Origin: an uncultured bacterium
GTDB lineage: Bacteria > Actinomycetota > Actinomycetes > S36-B12 > CAIYMF01
Assembly: GCA_903927265.1 (NCBI GenBank)
Contig: CAIYMF010000102.1
Coordinates: 47-64,046, forward strand
DNA: 64,000 nucleotides
Reading direction: 5' to 3'
Shown here one piece after another: positions 17,208 to 26,470 of the stretch; the first letter of the stretch is position 1; each line of letters begins with the position of its first letter. Position numbers and translations under genes: made by a program. The notes beneath the pieces are model-generated. The model saw nothing but the letters and a program-made list of their open reading frames with translations, was not told where the DNA came from and did no database searches.

Positions 17208-17356
17208 AGGGCGTCGGAGGTAGTTCACCCCCCATTCTGCGGAACTTGGGGACTGTCATTTACGTGACATAGACGGTGTTCGGACCCGATGTGCCGGGTT
17301 ATCGTGCCTTAGGAAGAAGTCAGCCGCTCTCGCGGCACGAGGAGTGGGAAGCCGCT

Positions 17357-19942
17357 ATGCGTGACAAGAGTCGGCACCGTGGAACTGGTGCCTTGCCGTG
17401 GCTGGCTGCTGCCCTCATGATCACCGGTGCCGCGATTGCGGCACCCGCTTCGGCAGTCTCCCCCACACTCACCCCGACATACAGTGCGACCAAGGGTGAC
17501 CTGAAGGTTGTGGTCAGCGGGATGCCTACCGGGGTGAAGGCCACGGTCACGGTCACGAAATCGGGGAAGGCCCTCGCCCCCACGGCCACCGCCACTCGCC
17601 TGTACTCGAATTTGGCGACCGGCACCTACACGGTCACGGCGTCCAACGTGCCGGTGGCCAAGGGCACGATGGTTCCTTCCCCGAAGATCCGCACCATCAC
17701 CGTGGTGAAGAACAAGGTCGTCAGCGCGCCGGTGAAATACGTGTTCGTCGGGCAACCCGTCAGCGTCACATCCAAGGTCAATGGGAAGACACCGGGCTGG
17801 GTCTTCACCTCGAGCGCAACCACAATGGCGCTCACGGTCACCAACAAATCCACGAAGCGGGCGCTCACCTCGTTCACCATCGTCGTCCCCACCGGGGTTG
17901 CTGCGCCGACAAGCGTCAAGGTTGCGGCCAGCAACTCCCGGAAGTGGACCGCCAGCGTGACCAGTTGTGGCACGGTTACCAAGTGCGTCAAGCGCATTGT
18001 GGTGACTGCCAAATCACCCCTTGCCACGAACCAACTGACTTACGGAAAGGTGGCCATCGTCACGCTGAAGTTCACGTCGCCGAGTGTGTCGGGCACGTCG
18101 CAATTCCTTCTGCGCGACATCGGCGCGGGCTACTTCACAGTCAGCGGAAGCCAGGCGTCCCTGCGCACCGTCAAGGGAACGAGCATTGCTGCCACACCCG
18201 GTACACCCATCACAGACGCCACTATTCAACTCGGCACCAACCCCGACAACACCGTCAGCACCACGCTCGACAACGGCGCCTACGGGCCAGTCAACCTCTA
18301 CTACGAACCCGCGACCTGCAGCAACGGCGCCGCACCGCCGTGCGCCACGGTGACCCTCGACGGCACATTCACCAACCCCGTCGCACCATTCGATGAGCTC
18401 TACAGCAACACCGCCCCGGCGAGCATCTCGTTCACCTGCGCCAATGCGACGTGCCCTCAAGCCCCGTGGGTCGGTCAGGTGAGCAGCGGTCGCAGCCACG
18501 CGTGCGCGGTGATGCGCGGCGGAACCTCAGCAACCGACACGCACGTTGAGTGTTGGGGTGACAACGATTACGGCCAACTGGGTCGTTCGACAAACTTCGG
18601 AACTCAGAATCCCAACCCGACGCCCACGGCTGTACCTGGTGTGACCGGCGTGACATCGGTGGCTGCCGGTTGGTATGACACGTGCGCCCTCAAGACCGAC
18701 ACGACTGTGGTGTGCTGGGGCGATAATTCCGACCTGCAGTTGGGTGCCCCCACCAGCGGCACTGAGTCGATCGTGCCCGTCGTGGTTCCTGACCCCGTGA
18801 GTCCTTCGCTACCGCTCAGCGGCGTGATTGCGATCGTGCCTGGCCCGTCTCACACATGCGCGGTGAAGAACGACAACACCGTGGTCTGTTGGGGAAGTAA
18901 CTGGCACGGCCAACTCGGCATCAGCGCCGGCAACGGGTTCCCTAGCCAACACCAGCCCCCTACCGTGGTGCCCCTCAGCGGCGTGACGAGTGTTGCGTTG
19001 GGAACCGATCACACCTGCGCCCTTCTCACCGACAACACCGTGAAGTGCTGGGGTAGCAATGCCAACGGGCAACTTGGAAATGCGGCAAACGCGGGTACCG
19101 CGACAACCACGATTCAGCCCCTCTCCGCACTTGATGCAAACGGCACGCCGATAGGCCCGATCTCATCCATCAGCTCGGGTGCCGAGTTCACCTGCGCCGC
19201 GATGACCGACACAAGCCACACCGTCCAATGCTGGGGTAATAACGCAACCGGACAGCTTGGTGTGACTCCGTTCACGAGCGGTCCTGCATGGACAAACATC
19301 CCTGTGAGCGTGATGGCCGAGGCGGGCGACTTCTTAAATGGAGTGCAGGAAATCTCGGCGAACAGTGCCGCGGTTGGCGAAGGCCAGGTGTGCGCGCGCG
19401 TCACCGGCGGAACTCTTGCGTGCTGGGGCGCGAACGACGCCGGACAACTCGCCCAGGATGCGACAGTCGCAATCCTCCCCGCAGCTCGCCCACTTTCCAC
19501 CCCCACTGGCGTGACCCAACTGTCGATGGGGGGTTCGTTCGCCTGCACCACTCTGCTGACACTCGGTATCTCGTGCTGGGGTCTCAACGACTTCGGCCAA
19601 CTTGGTCGAATTAGTGGCGCCGGTTCGATGACACCGAATCCGACCCCCACCGTGATTCCCGGTTGGGCGAGCGAACCACGGTTGGCCGACTACTACGCCT
19701 ACCCGATTAGCGTGTCGCTGAAAGTCGGCGGAAGTTACCACCCCTTCGCCACGACACCTGCGTGTGCGCCGATCGATGGAACGAGTAACCAAACAGGTCA
19801 GCTGTTCACAACGGCCGCGCAGTCGGCCCACTTCTGCGCCGACGTGTGGAACTCGAGCCGCAATTACCAGACGCAGGAGGGAACACTTTCGCGCACGATT
19901 CTCTTCGTTGAAGACCCGAAGTTCACGCCGATTTCGCGCTGA
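17357..19942 (+). CDS. secreted RCC1-repeat (seven-blade beta-propeller) protein with N-terminal Ig-like region
   Basis: Signal peptide MRDKSRHRGTGALPWLAAALMITGAAIAAPASA. Seven repeats of the xCWGxNxxGQLG motif (VECWGDNDYGQLG, VVCWGDNSDLQLG, VVCWGSNWHGQLG, VKCWGSNANGQLG, VQCWGNNATGQLG, LACWGANDAGQLA, ISCWGLNDFGQLG). No sortase or TM anchor seen. Confidence 0.8.
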   Translation: MRDKSRHRGTGALPWLAAALMITGAAIAAPASAVSPTLTPTYSATKGDLKVVVSGMPTGVKATVTVTKSGKALAPTATATRLYSNLATGTYTVTASNVPVAKGTMVPSPKIRTITVVKNKVVSAPVKYVFVGQPVSVTSKVNGKTPGWVFTSSATTMALTVTNKSTKRALTSFTIVVPTGVAAPTSVKVAASNSRKWTASVTSCGTVTKCVKRIVVTAKSPLATNQLTYGKVAIVTLKFTSPSVSGTSQFLLRDIGAGYFTVSGSQASLRTVKGTSIAATPGTPITDATIQLGTNPDNTVSTTLDNGAYGPVNLYYEPATCSNGAAPPCATVTLDGTFTNPVAPFDELYSNTAPASISFTCANATCPQAPWVGQVSSGRSHACAVMRGGTSATDTHVECWGDNDYGQLGRSTNFGTQNPNPTPTAVPGVTGVTSVAAGWYDTCALKTDTTVVCWGDNSDLQLGAPTSGTESIVPVVVPDPVSPSLPLSGVIAIVPGPSHTCAVKNDNTVVCWGSNWHGQLGISAGNGFPSQHQPPTVVPLSGVTSVALGTDHTCALLTDNTVKCWGSNANGQLGNAANAGTATTTIQPLSALDANGTPIGPISSISSGAEFTCAAMTDTSHTVQCWGNNATGQLGVTPFTSGPAWTNIPVSVMAEAGDFLNGVQEISANSAAVGEGQVCARVTGGTLACWGANDAGQLAQDATVAILPAARPLSTPTGVTQLSMGGSFACTTLLTLGISCWGLNDFGQLGRISGAGSMTPNPTPTVIPGWASEPRLADYYAYPISVSLKVGGSYHPFATTPACAPIDGTSNQTGQLFTTAAQSAHFCADVWNSSRNYQTQEGTLSRTILFVEDPKFTPISR

Positions 19943-19945
19943 CTC

Positions 19946-22900
19946 TCACACCCGCGGATATCGAGGGGTTCCGACGAAGCCAAGCAAATCCCATGCCTGC
20001 TCACACTCACTCTCATAGTGAGTGGCGCGTTCGTCGTCACCGCCGAGCAGAGCAACTCGTGCGAGTTCGGCAAGGATGAAACCTCGCTCGACCACGGCAT
20101 CGCGTTCAGAAAGCTCAAGCGCCTGCTGCAACACGTCGCGTGCCTCGTCGACCTCGCCAAGGTCTGCTCGGGCAGCCCCCTCAATTCGCAACACCATGGG
20201 CAGCAGATGCCCCGCACCGATGCGCTTGGCCCGCACTGCGGCAGCGTGGGCGATCTCGGCGCCCCGCTGTGGCGATCCTTCAACGACATGGAGGAACGCC
20301 GTCACCGCGTCGGTCTCCACCATTTCGTCAGGCTCACCAAGCCGCTCCTGACTCTCTCGCGCACGAACCAACTGAGCCCTCGCTGACTCGAATGCGTCTC
20401 GTTGCCCCTGCGCTAAGGCCAGCCCCCTGCGGGCCACGGCTTCAAATGACTCCGCGCACAGGGCTTGAAGATCGGGTAGCAGTTCTGTCAGCACTACCTC
20501 CGCCTCCGCGAGGTGCCCTTGTCGAAGTAACACATCCCCGACATTCGCCGCTGTGGCTGCCGTTTGAAAAGCATCGCCGGCCGATGCTGCGAGGTCATGC
20601 GCACGGCGGAATTCGTCGAGCGCTTCAACACCACGTCCCTCAGTCCACGACATCAGGGCCAGATTGTTGAGCGCTTCGGACTGACGCAGGCGATCACCCG
20701 CGGCTTCATATCGCTCAAGCGCCAATTCGCCGTACCGACGATCGGGAGTTCCGAGCATGAGTAGGGCCACGTGCATCATGGCCGCTGCATGAGCGCCCGC
20801 CTCGACGTCGTGCGCTCGGGTGGCTTCGACATCAGCTTGCCGCGCCCACTCCAGCGCCTCGCCGTAACGACTCTGCGTCGCACGAACTCCCGAGCAGATC
20901 ATGTCGAGTTCACTTCTCACCAGGGCGCTGGCTGCACTGTCGGAATCCACTAGAAGCTTCAACCCGCGCCCCGCCGAGCGCATTGCAGAGACGTAGCTGC
21001 CAAGCCGACGTTGCACACTTGCCTCGCGCGCCAACACTCCCGCCTGCGCTGTGGGATCTCCGGCCAACTTCACGCGCGCGGCCCGAAACGACTCAAGCGC
21101 CTCCTCGCCACGACCAACTCGTCGTCGGGCCTCCCCCAACGCGATCAGCACGTCCGCGCGGTCGCGGTCGTTAACGGTACGCAGGCGCGATGCCGCAATG
21201 AGCGCTCGGCTGTACATCTCCTCAGCCGATCCATAGGCGTACTTCTCAGCCGCGCGCTCACCGGCCTTTCGCGCATACGACCACGCCGACTCCGGGCGGC
21301 CCGCTTCCAGGAAGTGCAGTGACAACAATTCAGCGACATCATGCGGATCGGTCGCAGTGCGTTCGAGCAGATCGCCCGCGCGGCCGTGCAATTCACGTCG
21401 CAGCCGATAGGGCAGCCCCTCATACGCTGTGTCTCGAATCAACTGATGATCGAAGCGGTATCCGTCCCCCTCACGTCGAACGAAGTAGCCCAAGTACGCA
21501 ACAACCGAGGCCTCCGATTGCACGCGACTGCCCTCAAGAAGTTCCGCGAGTTCAACCTCGCGGAAGCTCATTCCCAGCACGGACGCGAACCGCAGCACCG
21601 CCCGCTCCTCTGGCGCAAGTCGATCAATCTGGCTGGTCACCAACGCCTCCACCGTCTCCGGAAGTGAATCGACTGCCTCACCAGAACGCGCGGCCTGCAC
21701 CAGCCCACGCAGGAAGAGCGGGTTTCCACCGGCGCGACGCACCAGGTTGACAATGTCGTGCGGAGTGAGTGCACGATCGTCGAGCTCGTGGCGGAGAAGT
21801 GCTCGTGACGCCGCGTCGTCGAGTGGCGTGGGTCGAATCTCGAGGGCCACCACTTCGGGCTCGGGCCGGAACCCCGAATCGAGCTCCCGTCGCGTGGCAA
21901 TGATCAGCAATGCGTGGTCGGCGCTATCGCGAGCGAGACGCGCGAGAAGAGATGCCGAAGCATCATCCAGCAGATGTACGTCATCGAACACCATCACGCA
22001 GCCAGGCTCAGCCAACGCCAGCATCAACTGGGTCGTAGCTTCTTCAAGGCGCTCACGCCGAAACTCTTCAGCGAGTGCGTCCACTTCCACAGTGGCCGGC
22101 ACCGACACGTTCATGACACTGGCGATCAGCGGAATCCACGGCATGAGTTGCGGTGCACGGCGAGTAGCGGATGCGTTCAATTCGGCCACGACGGTCGCAT
22201 CGTCGCTGTCGTACCCAACATCCAGTAAGTCACGTAACAGTGATCGGAACGGCCAGTAGGCAGTGGCAGTCTCGTAGACATCTCCGCGCGTGTGAAGCAC
22301 CCGAGCTTCAACCTCGCGCAAAGACTCGACTACCAAGCGCGACTTGCCGATTCCCGGTTCACCCGACACGAGAACGAGTCGACCGTGGCCACCTTGGGCA
22401 TGCTCGAGCTGCTCTCGCACCATGCGCAATTCGTTCTCGCGGCCAACAAGGGGCGACTCCGTGGTCTGCGAGCCAAGCGCCTTGATCTGCTCGCCGACTC
22501 GCACGGCTTCCACGAGTTCAGACTTTCCCTTCACGGTGAAGGGCTCAATGGCATCGAGCCTGAACTGAGCCGTCGACCGATCGACAACCACGCGCGTCGC
22601 TACAACCTGCCCGGCCTCGGCCTTGCCCAACAGTCGCGCTGCAAGATTGACTGCGTCGCCCTTCACCGAATAGGTACGCCGAAACTCAGGTCCGAAATCG
22701 CCCGCGAACACCGGGCCGCGATTCACGCCGACCTTCATCGCAATTCTCGCCCCCGCCTCCACGATGCTGCGAGCCGCGCGCAGCATGCGCTCTTCGTCAC
22801 CGTGCGCACTTACGGGCGCGCCAGCCGTCAGCATGATCTTGCCGCCATCGCGGTCAATGTCGCTTTCGAAGAAGGTCACGCCCGTGCGTTGCGTCGCTGC

Positions 22901-23743
22901 CTGTACAGCGCGCACCGCTTCATCGAGGGCCGCTGCCAGCGCCGCTGGCCCAGCGTCGACGTAGAGCTGATCGGTTCCCGTGAATGCCACGAACGCCACC
23001 GTGATACGTCGATGTTCGGATACACCGCGCGCCGCCACGAGGTGCCTGCGAATGGCAGGTGGCACCACCTGCTCAAGATCTAGCCCGGCCGATGATGGCC
23101 GCGCAATGCGATGGTCACTCTCCACTGACGGCGCCGACACCAGCAGAAAGCCACTACCCACCGCGACACCGACACACTCGACCGGAAGAAGGGCAGCGGT
23201 TTCGGAACTCACGACGACCTCATCAGCCGACGCGACCACTTCCATTTCGGCAGTACGAGTGGCCGCCGGCCCCGCCACGATCAGTTCGCGGTGCACTGCT
23301 GGATCGCCCACCAGCGAGAAATGGAACGACCCACAGTGAATCCCGACCGACATTCGCAGCACCACGCGGCCTCGACCCGCGCCGAAAGTGCCGATGCGCC
23401 CCAATTCCTCGCGCATGCGCACCGCAGCGTGGGCGGCACGCACCGCATGCCCTTCGCCCTCAAACAGCAGCAACATCGCGTCACCGCCCCACTTCACTAA
23501 GCCCGCTCCGTCGGCGTACGCGTGCTCGAGAAGGGCCGTGAAAGTCGCGTTGAGAATGTCGCTTAGTTCCTCGGCTCCGACCTTGCCCTTGCGAGCCAGT
23601 CGTTCAGTGAGTGCCGTAAAGCCGGAGATATCAACGAATGCCAGACTGCCTTCAACCTCACGCCAGACCGCAGCAGGATCGTCTCGCAACCACTCGACCA
23701 CGAGGCGCGGAACGTACGGCTCGAGCGCCCGATCTGCTGTCAC
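19946..23743 (-). CDS. tandem class III adenylate/guanylate cyclase domains + P-loop (AAA/STAND-like) NTPase + TPR repeats
   Basis: CHD1 has FVDISGFTALTE...GGDAMLLLF. CHD2 has RTYSVKGDAVNLAARL. Walker A is LVSGEPGIGKSRL. The long C-terminal region is helical and TPR-like. GTG 23743 gives a GTGA overlap with the antiporter stop; the track start 23806 overlaps it by 67 nt. Confidence 0.8.
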   Translation of the reverse strand: MTADRALEPYVPRLVVEWLRDDPAAVWREVEGSLAFVDISGFTALTERLARKGKVGAEELSDILNATFTALLEHAYADGAGLVKWGGDAMLLLFEGEGHAVRAAHAAVRMREELGRIGTFGAGRGRVVLRMSVGIHCGSFHFSLVGDPAVHRELIVAGPAATRTAEMEVVASADEVVVSSETAALLPVECVGVAVGSGFLLVSAPSVESDHRIARPSSAGLDLEQVVPPAIRRHLVAARGVSEHRRITVAFVAFTGTDQLYVDAGPAALAAALDEAVRAVQAATQRTGVTFFESDIDRDGGKIMLTAGAPVSAHGDEERMLRAARSIVEAGARIAMKVGVNRGPVFAGDFGPEFRRTYSVKGDAVNLAARLLGKAEAGQVVATRVVVDRSTAQFRLDAIEPFTVKGKSELVEAVRVGEQIKALGSQTTESPLVGRENELRMVREQLEHAQGGHGRLVLVSGEPGIGKSRLVVESLREVEARVLHTRGDVYETATAYWPFRSLLRDLLDVGYDSDDATVVAELNASATRRAPQLMPWIPLIASVMNVSVPATVEVDALAEEFRRERLEEATTQLMLALAEPGCVMVFDDVHLLDDASASLLARLARDSADHALLIIATRRELDSGFRPEPEVVALEIRPTPLDDAASRALLRHELDDRALTPHDIVNLVRRAGGNPLFLRGLVQAARSGEAVDSLPETVEALVTSQIDRLAPEERAVLRFASVLGMSFREVELAELLEGSRVQSEASVVAYLGYFVRREGDGYRFDHQLIRDTAYEGLPYRLRRELHGRAGDLLERTATDPHDVAELLSLHFLEAGRPESAWSYARKAGERAAEKYAYGSAEEMYSRALIAASRLRTVNDRDRADVLIALGEARRRVGRGEEALESFRAARVKLAGDPTAQAGVLAREASVQRRLGSYVSAMRSAGRGLKLLVDSDSAASALVRSELDMICSGVRATQSRYGEALEWARQADVEATRAHDVEAGAHAAAMMHVALLMLGTPDRRYGELALERYEAAGDRLRQSEALNNLALMSWTEGRGVEALDEFRRAHDLAASAGDAFQTAATAANVGDVLLRQGHLAEAEVVLTELLPDLQALCAESFEAVARRGLALAQGQRDAFESARAQLVRARESQERLGEPDEMVETDAVTAFLHVVEGSPQRGAEIAHAAAVRAKRIGAGHLLPMVLRIEGAARADLGEVDEARDVLQQALELSERDAVVERGFILAELARVALLGGDDERATHYESECEQAWDLLGFVGTPRYPRV

Positions 23744-24960
23744 GGCTCTGCCATTTCCGCCACCGGCGACGTTCTCTGCACCCACCGCCCATATGCCGAG
23801 GCCCATGGAGTCCCCGTGATTCCATGGGCGATCACGCTCAACAGCACCGTGACTCCCACGACACCCGTGGCATCACGCAGCACTCCCACACCACCGAGTT
23901 CCTCGAATGCGATCAGCGCGAACACCACGCTGGCCAAACCGCGTGGACCAAACCAGCCGATGAAACCCTTCGTCACAGAGGCGAATCCGGTACCCCACAA
24001 CACCAACCAGACCGGAAGGATGCGGAACACCGTCAGGGCCAACAACGCGAAGACAAGTGAATGCCAGGTGAGGTACTCGCCGAGGTGGGCCACGAAGATG
24101 ACCCCGAAAAGACCCCACACCGCGTAACCCAAGAGTGTCGATACCGACTCCGTTGTCACGAGATCTTCTTCATGGTGCGCCGAACCCACTGCTGCAAGGG
24201 CTGTACCCGCGACGAACGCCGCGATGAATCCATTTCCATGGAGAAGGGACGCGCCAAAGTAGGCAACAATCGGAATCACGGCGACACTGACAGGCACCAG
24301 TGCAGGAATCGCCCACTGTCGATTGCGGGCGCGCTTCATCAGCCACCCGGCACCGAAACCTGCGGCCACTCCGATGACACCGCCGATCGCGATTTCGAGC
24401 GATGCTTCCCCGACTGCGTGCCACACGTCGGAAGCGGCCGGCGCGTTGGCAGAGGCCGCTAGCGCGAAGAGCACAATCGGGGTGGCCAGTCCATCGTTCA
24501 AACCACTCTCGCCATTGAGAATGCGACGGATGCGCGCGGGCACGACGGGGTTGAGAACCGTCGCTGCACCAAGACCGGCATCCGTCGGCGCCAGCGCCGA
24601 GGCGACGAACAGTGCGAGCCATACGCCCGCTTCCGGAAAGAGCAGGCGCGCCACGACCCAACCCAGGGCAATCGTGAGGGGTAGGCCGATCAGCAGCAGG
24701 CGAAGTAACACACCTTTGTCTGCGACGAGTTGACGCGGATGTAGTTGGGCCGCATCGTGAAACAGGATCATGGCGAGCGTGGCTTCGGCGATCGTTCTCA
24801 CCATGCCCGCATCGATCCCCAGCGGGATGTGTCCAATTCCGAAGAGTGTCCCGGCGGCCGTAAAGAGAATCGCCGCGCTGAGATTCCACGAAGCAAAACG
24901 CCGAGAAAAAGCCGTGTACATCACCACGACCAACGCAAAGACTGCGATTCCCGCCATCAC
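23740..24960 (-). CDS. cation:proton antiporter (Na+/H+ exchanger, CPA1-like)
   Basis: 406-aa polytopic membrane protein with LAPTDAGLGAATV and NGESGLNDGLATP, which are Na+/H+ exchanger family motifs. Confidence 0.8.
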   Translation of the reverse strand: MMAGIAVFALVVVMYTAFSRRFASWNLSAAILFTAAGTLFGIGHIPLGIDAGMVRTIAEATLAMILFHDAAQLHPRQLVADKGVLLRLLLIGLPLTIALGWVVARLLFPEAGVWLALFVASALAPTDAGLGAATVLNPVVPARIRRILNGESGLNDGLATPIVLFALAASANAPAASDVWHAVGEASLEIAIGGVIGVAAGFGAGWLMKRARNRQWAIPALVPVSVAVIPIVAYFGASLLHGNGFIAAFVAGTALAAVGSAHHEEDLVTTESVSTLLGYAVWGLFGVIFVAHLGEYLTWHSLVFALLALTVFRILPVWLVLWGTGFASVTKGFIGWFGPRGLASVVFALIAFEELGGVGVLRDATGVVGVTVLLSVIAHGITGTPWASAYGRWVQRTSPVAEMAEP

Positions 24961-25007
24961 ACCTCCTTGATGCGACCTCGAGTCTACGCAGGCCGCGGTA
25001 TCGCAGG

Positions 25008-25181
25008 TCAGACGACGAGTGGAGTGATCTCGACCTCAACGCCAAGCGACTCAGGTACGCCACTGGCGCAGCTTCCCTTGAGCGGAGGATCGTGGACTTC
25101 ACGCCCTCGCGCCACCACGACGTGTTCGGATCGCACGGTTCGGTCGTTGGTGGTTTCGCCGCTCACGGTGCGGCCCGACAT
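25008..25181 (-). CDS. possible small protein (57 aa), unassigned
   Basis: Manually found ORF below the track cutoff: MSGRTVSGETTNDRTVRSEHVVVARGREVHDPPLKGSCASGVPESLGVEVEITPLVV*. About 70% GC3 and a weak GAAGAAG upstream. It sits in the 260-bp gap between the two antiporter genes. Confidence 0.25.
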   Translation of the reverse strand: MSGRTVSGETTNDRTVRSEHVVVARGREVHDPPLKGSCASGVPESLGVEVEITPLVV

Positions 25182-25219
25182 CACTTCTTCGTCACGCGGT
25201 TAACCGCTACAGTCGGCGC

Positions 25220-26470
25220 ATGTCTGTCGCCGTAGTCCTCGCTGACGCAGTACTCACCAACGACCTCGAGTCACTTCTGTGGGTCACCCTCGTCGCTGCT
25301 GGCATTCCTCTGCTTGTGGGGTTACTCAATCTGCGCGTAGCGGAAATTGTCTTCCTGATTGGCTTTGGAATCCTGCTCGGCCCCCAGGTGTTCAATAAGG
25401 TCGATCTGACTGACTCGATCAGTCTGCTCGCCGATATTGGCCTAGGCTTCCTATTCTTCTTTGCGGGATACGAACTCGACCGTGCCGTACTCAAGGGCAC
25501 CACGGGCAAACTCGCCGGCATCGGCTGGATTGCCTCAGTCATTCTCGCCGTCGTCGCCGTGATGATTCTTTACTCCGCTGGAATCATTCACGACACTCTG
25601 GGCGTCGCGATCGCACTGACAAGCACGGCACTCGGAACCTTGCTTCCGGTGATCCGCGACAGTGGTCGACTCGACAGTCCGTTTGGGCGAAGTTTCATGG
25701 CGGCCGGTGCAATCGGTGAGTTTGGTCCGATCGTCGCCATCTCGCTGTTGCTCGGAACGCGCTCGTCATGGCTGTCGTTCCTCGTTCTGGTTGCCTTTTT
25801 CATCATCGCCGTCATCATCGCCTTTTTGCCCAGCAAGTTCCGCAGCAACCGCGTCTTGGCCGTCATCGAGCGAGGTCACAGCACCAGCGCTCAGACCGCC
25901 GTGCGCATCGTAATTTTGCTACTGGTCGGGCTTCTTGCCATCGCGAGCGCGTTCGGGCTCGACCTGGTGCTCGGCGCTTTCGCGGCCGGAATCATCGTGC
26001 GCCTCTACGTGCCGCACGGATCAGTGCCGGTGGTCGAACACAAACTCGAAGCCATCGCATTCGGCTTCTTCATTCCGCTGTTCTTCGTGATCACCGGAGT
26101 CAAACTCGACATCCAGTCGATCATCGACAACCCCGGCCGACTCGTGATCTTCTTCCTACTGCTTGCAATCGTGCGTGGATTGCCGCAGTTCTTCATCTAC
26201 CGCAAGGCCATTCCGCTTTGGCGACCTCGAGCCGAACTGAGTCTGTACATCGCCACGGCCTTGCCAATTATCGTGGCTGTGACAACGGTTCAAGTCGACG
26301 CTGGAATCATGCTGCCCGAGAACGCCGCGGCCCTCGTGGGAGCCGGAGCGCTGTCGGTCTTGGTGTTCCCCCTCGTCGCTGCCAGACTCGCGGCCAAAGC
26401 AAGCGATTCAGACCCGCAGGGTACTGATTCCGTAGAGAGCAATGCCGGCGGCGATCCCAGCATTGAGTGA
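25220..26470 (+). CDS. cation:proton antiporter (CPA2/Kef-like)
   Basis: 416-aa membrane protein. IGFGILLGPQVF..., FFFAGYELD and FAAGIIV match the sodium/hydrogen exchanger family. Confidence 0.8.
   Translation: MSVAVVLADAVLTNDLESLLWVTLVAAGIPLLVGLLNLRVAEIVFLIGFGILLGPQVFNKVDLTDSISLLADIGLGFLFFFAGYELDRAVLKGTTGKLAGIGWIASVILAVVAVMILYSAGIIHDTLGVAIALTSTALGTLLPVIRDSGRLDSPFGRSFMAAGAIGEFGPIVAISLLLGTRSSWLSFLVLVAFFIIAVIIAFLPSKFRSNRVLAVIERGHSTSAQTAVRIVILLLVGLLAIASAFGLDLVLGAFAAGIIVRLYVPHGSVPVVEHKLEAIAFGFFIPLFFVITGVKLDIQSIIDNPGRLVIFFLLLAIVRGLPQFFIYRKAIPLWRPRAELSLYIATALPIIVAVTTVQVDAGIMLPENAAALVGAGALSVLVFPLVAARLAAKASDSDPQGTDSVESNAGGDPSIE

Noticed and set aside
17276-17356. N-terminal extension of the RCC1 protein (track start 17276) and of several other ORFs (456, 4023, 5633, 33256, 35737, 52087, 57028, 58116, 62187)
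   Set aside because: The extensions overlap upstream genes or lack an RBS. Internal starts give signal peptides, conserved N-termini or canonical 1-4 nt start/stop overlaps.
24170-25102. 310-aa minus-strand ORF, and similar long ORFs (e.g. 9001..9537 -, 25768..26427 +, 56328..57242 -, 22292..23083 +, 44191..44673 -)
   Set aside because: These are Arg/Pro/Gly-rich shadow frames opposite or offset from well-supported genes, typical of high-GC DNA. No domain signatures.
26408-26470. 63-bp convergent overlap of the CPA2 antiporter and rlmB 3' ends, as a possible frameshift or annotation artefact
   Set aside because: Both stops are fixed by the sequence and both C-termini read as normal family sequence up to the overlap. 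Treated as a genuine tail-to-tail overlap.
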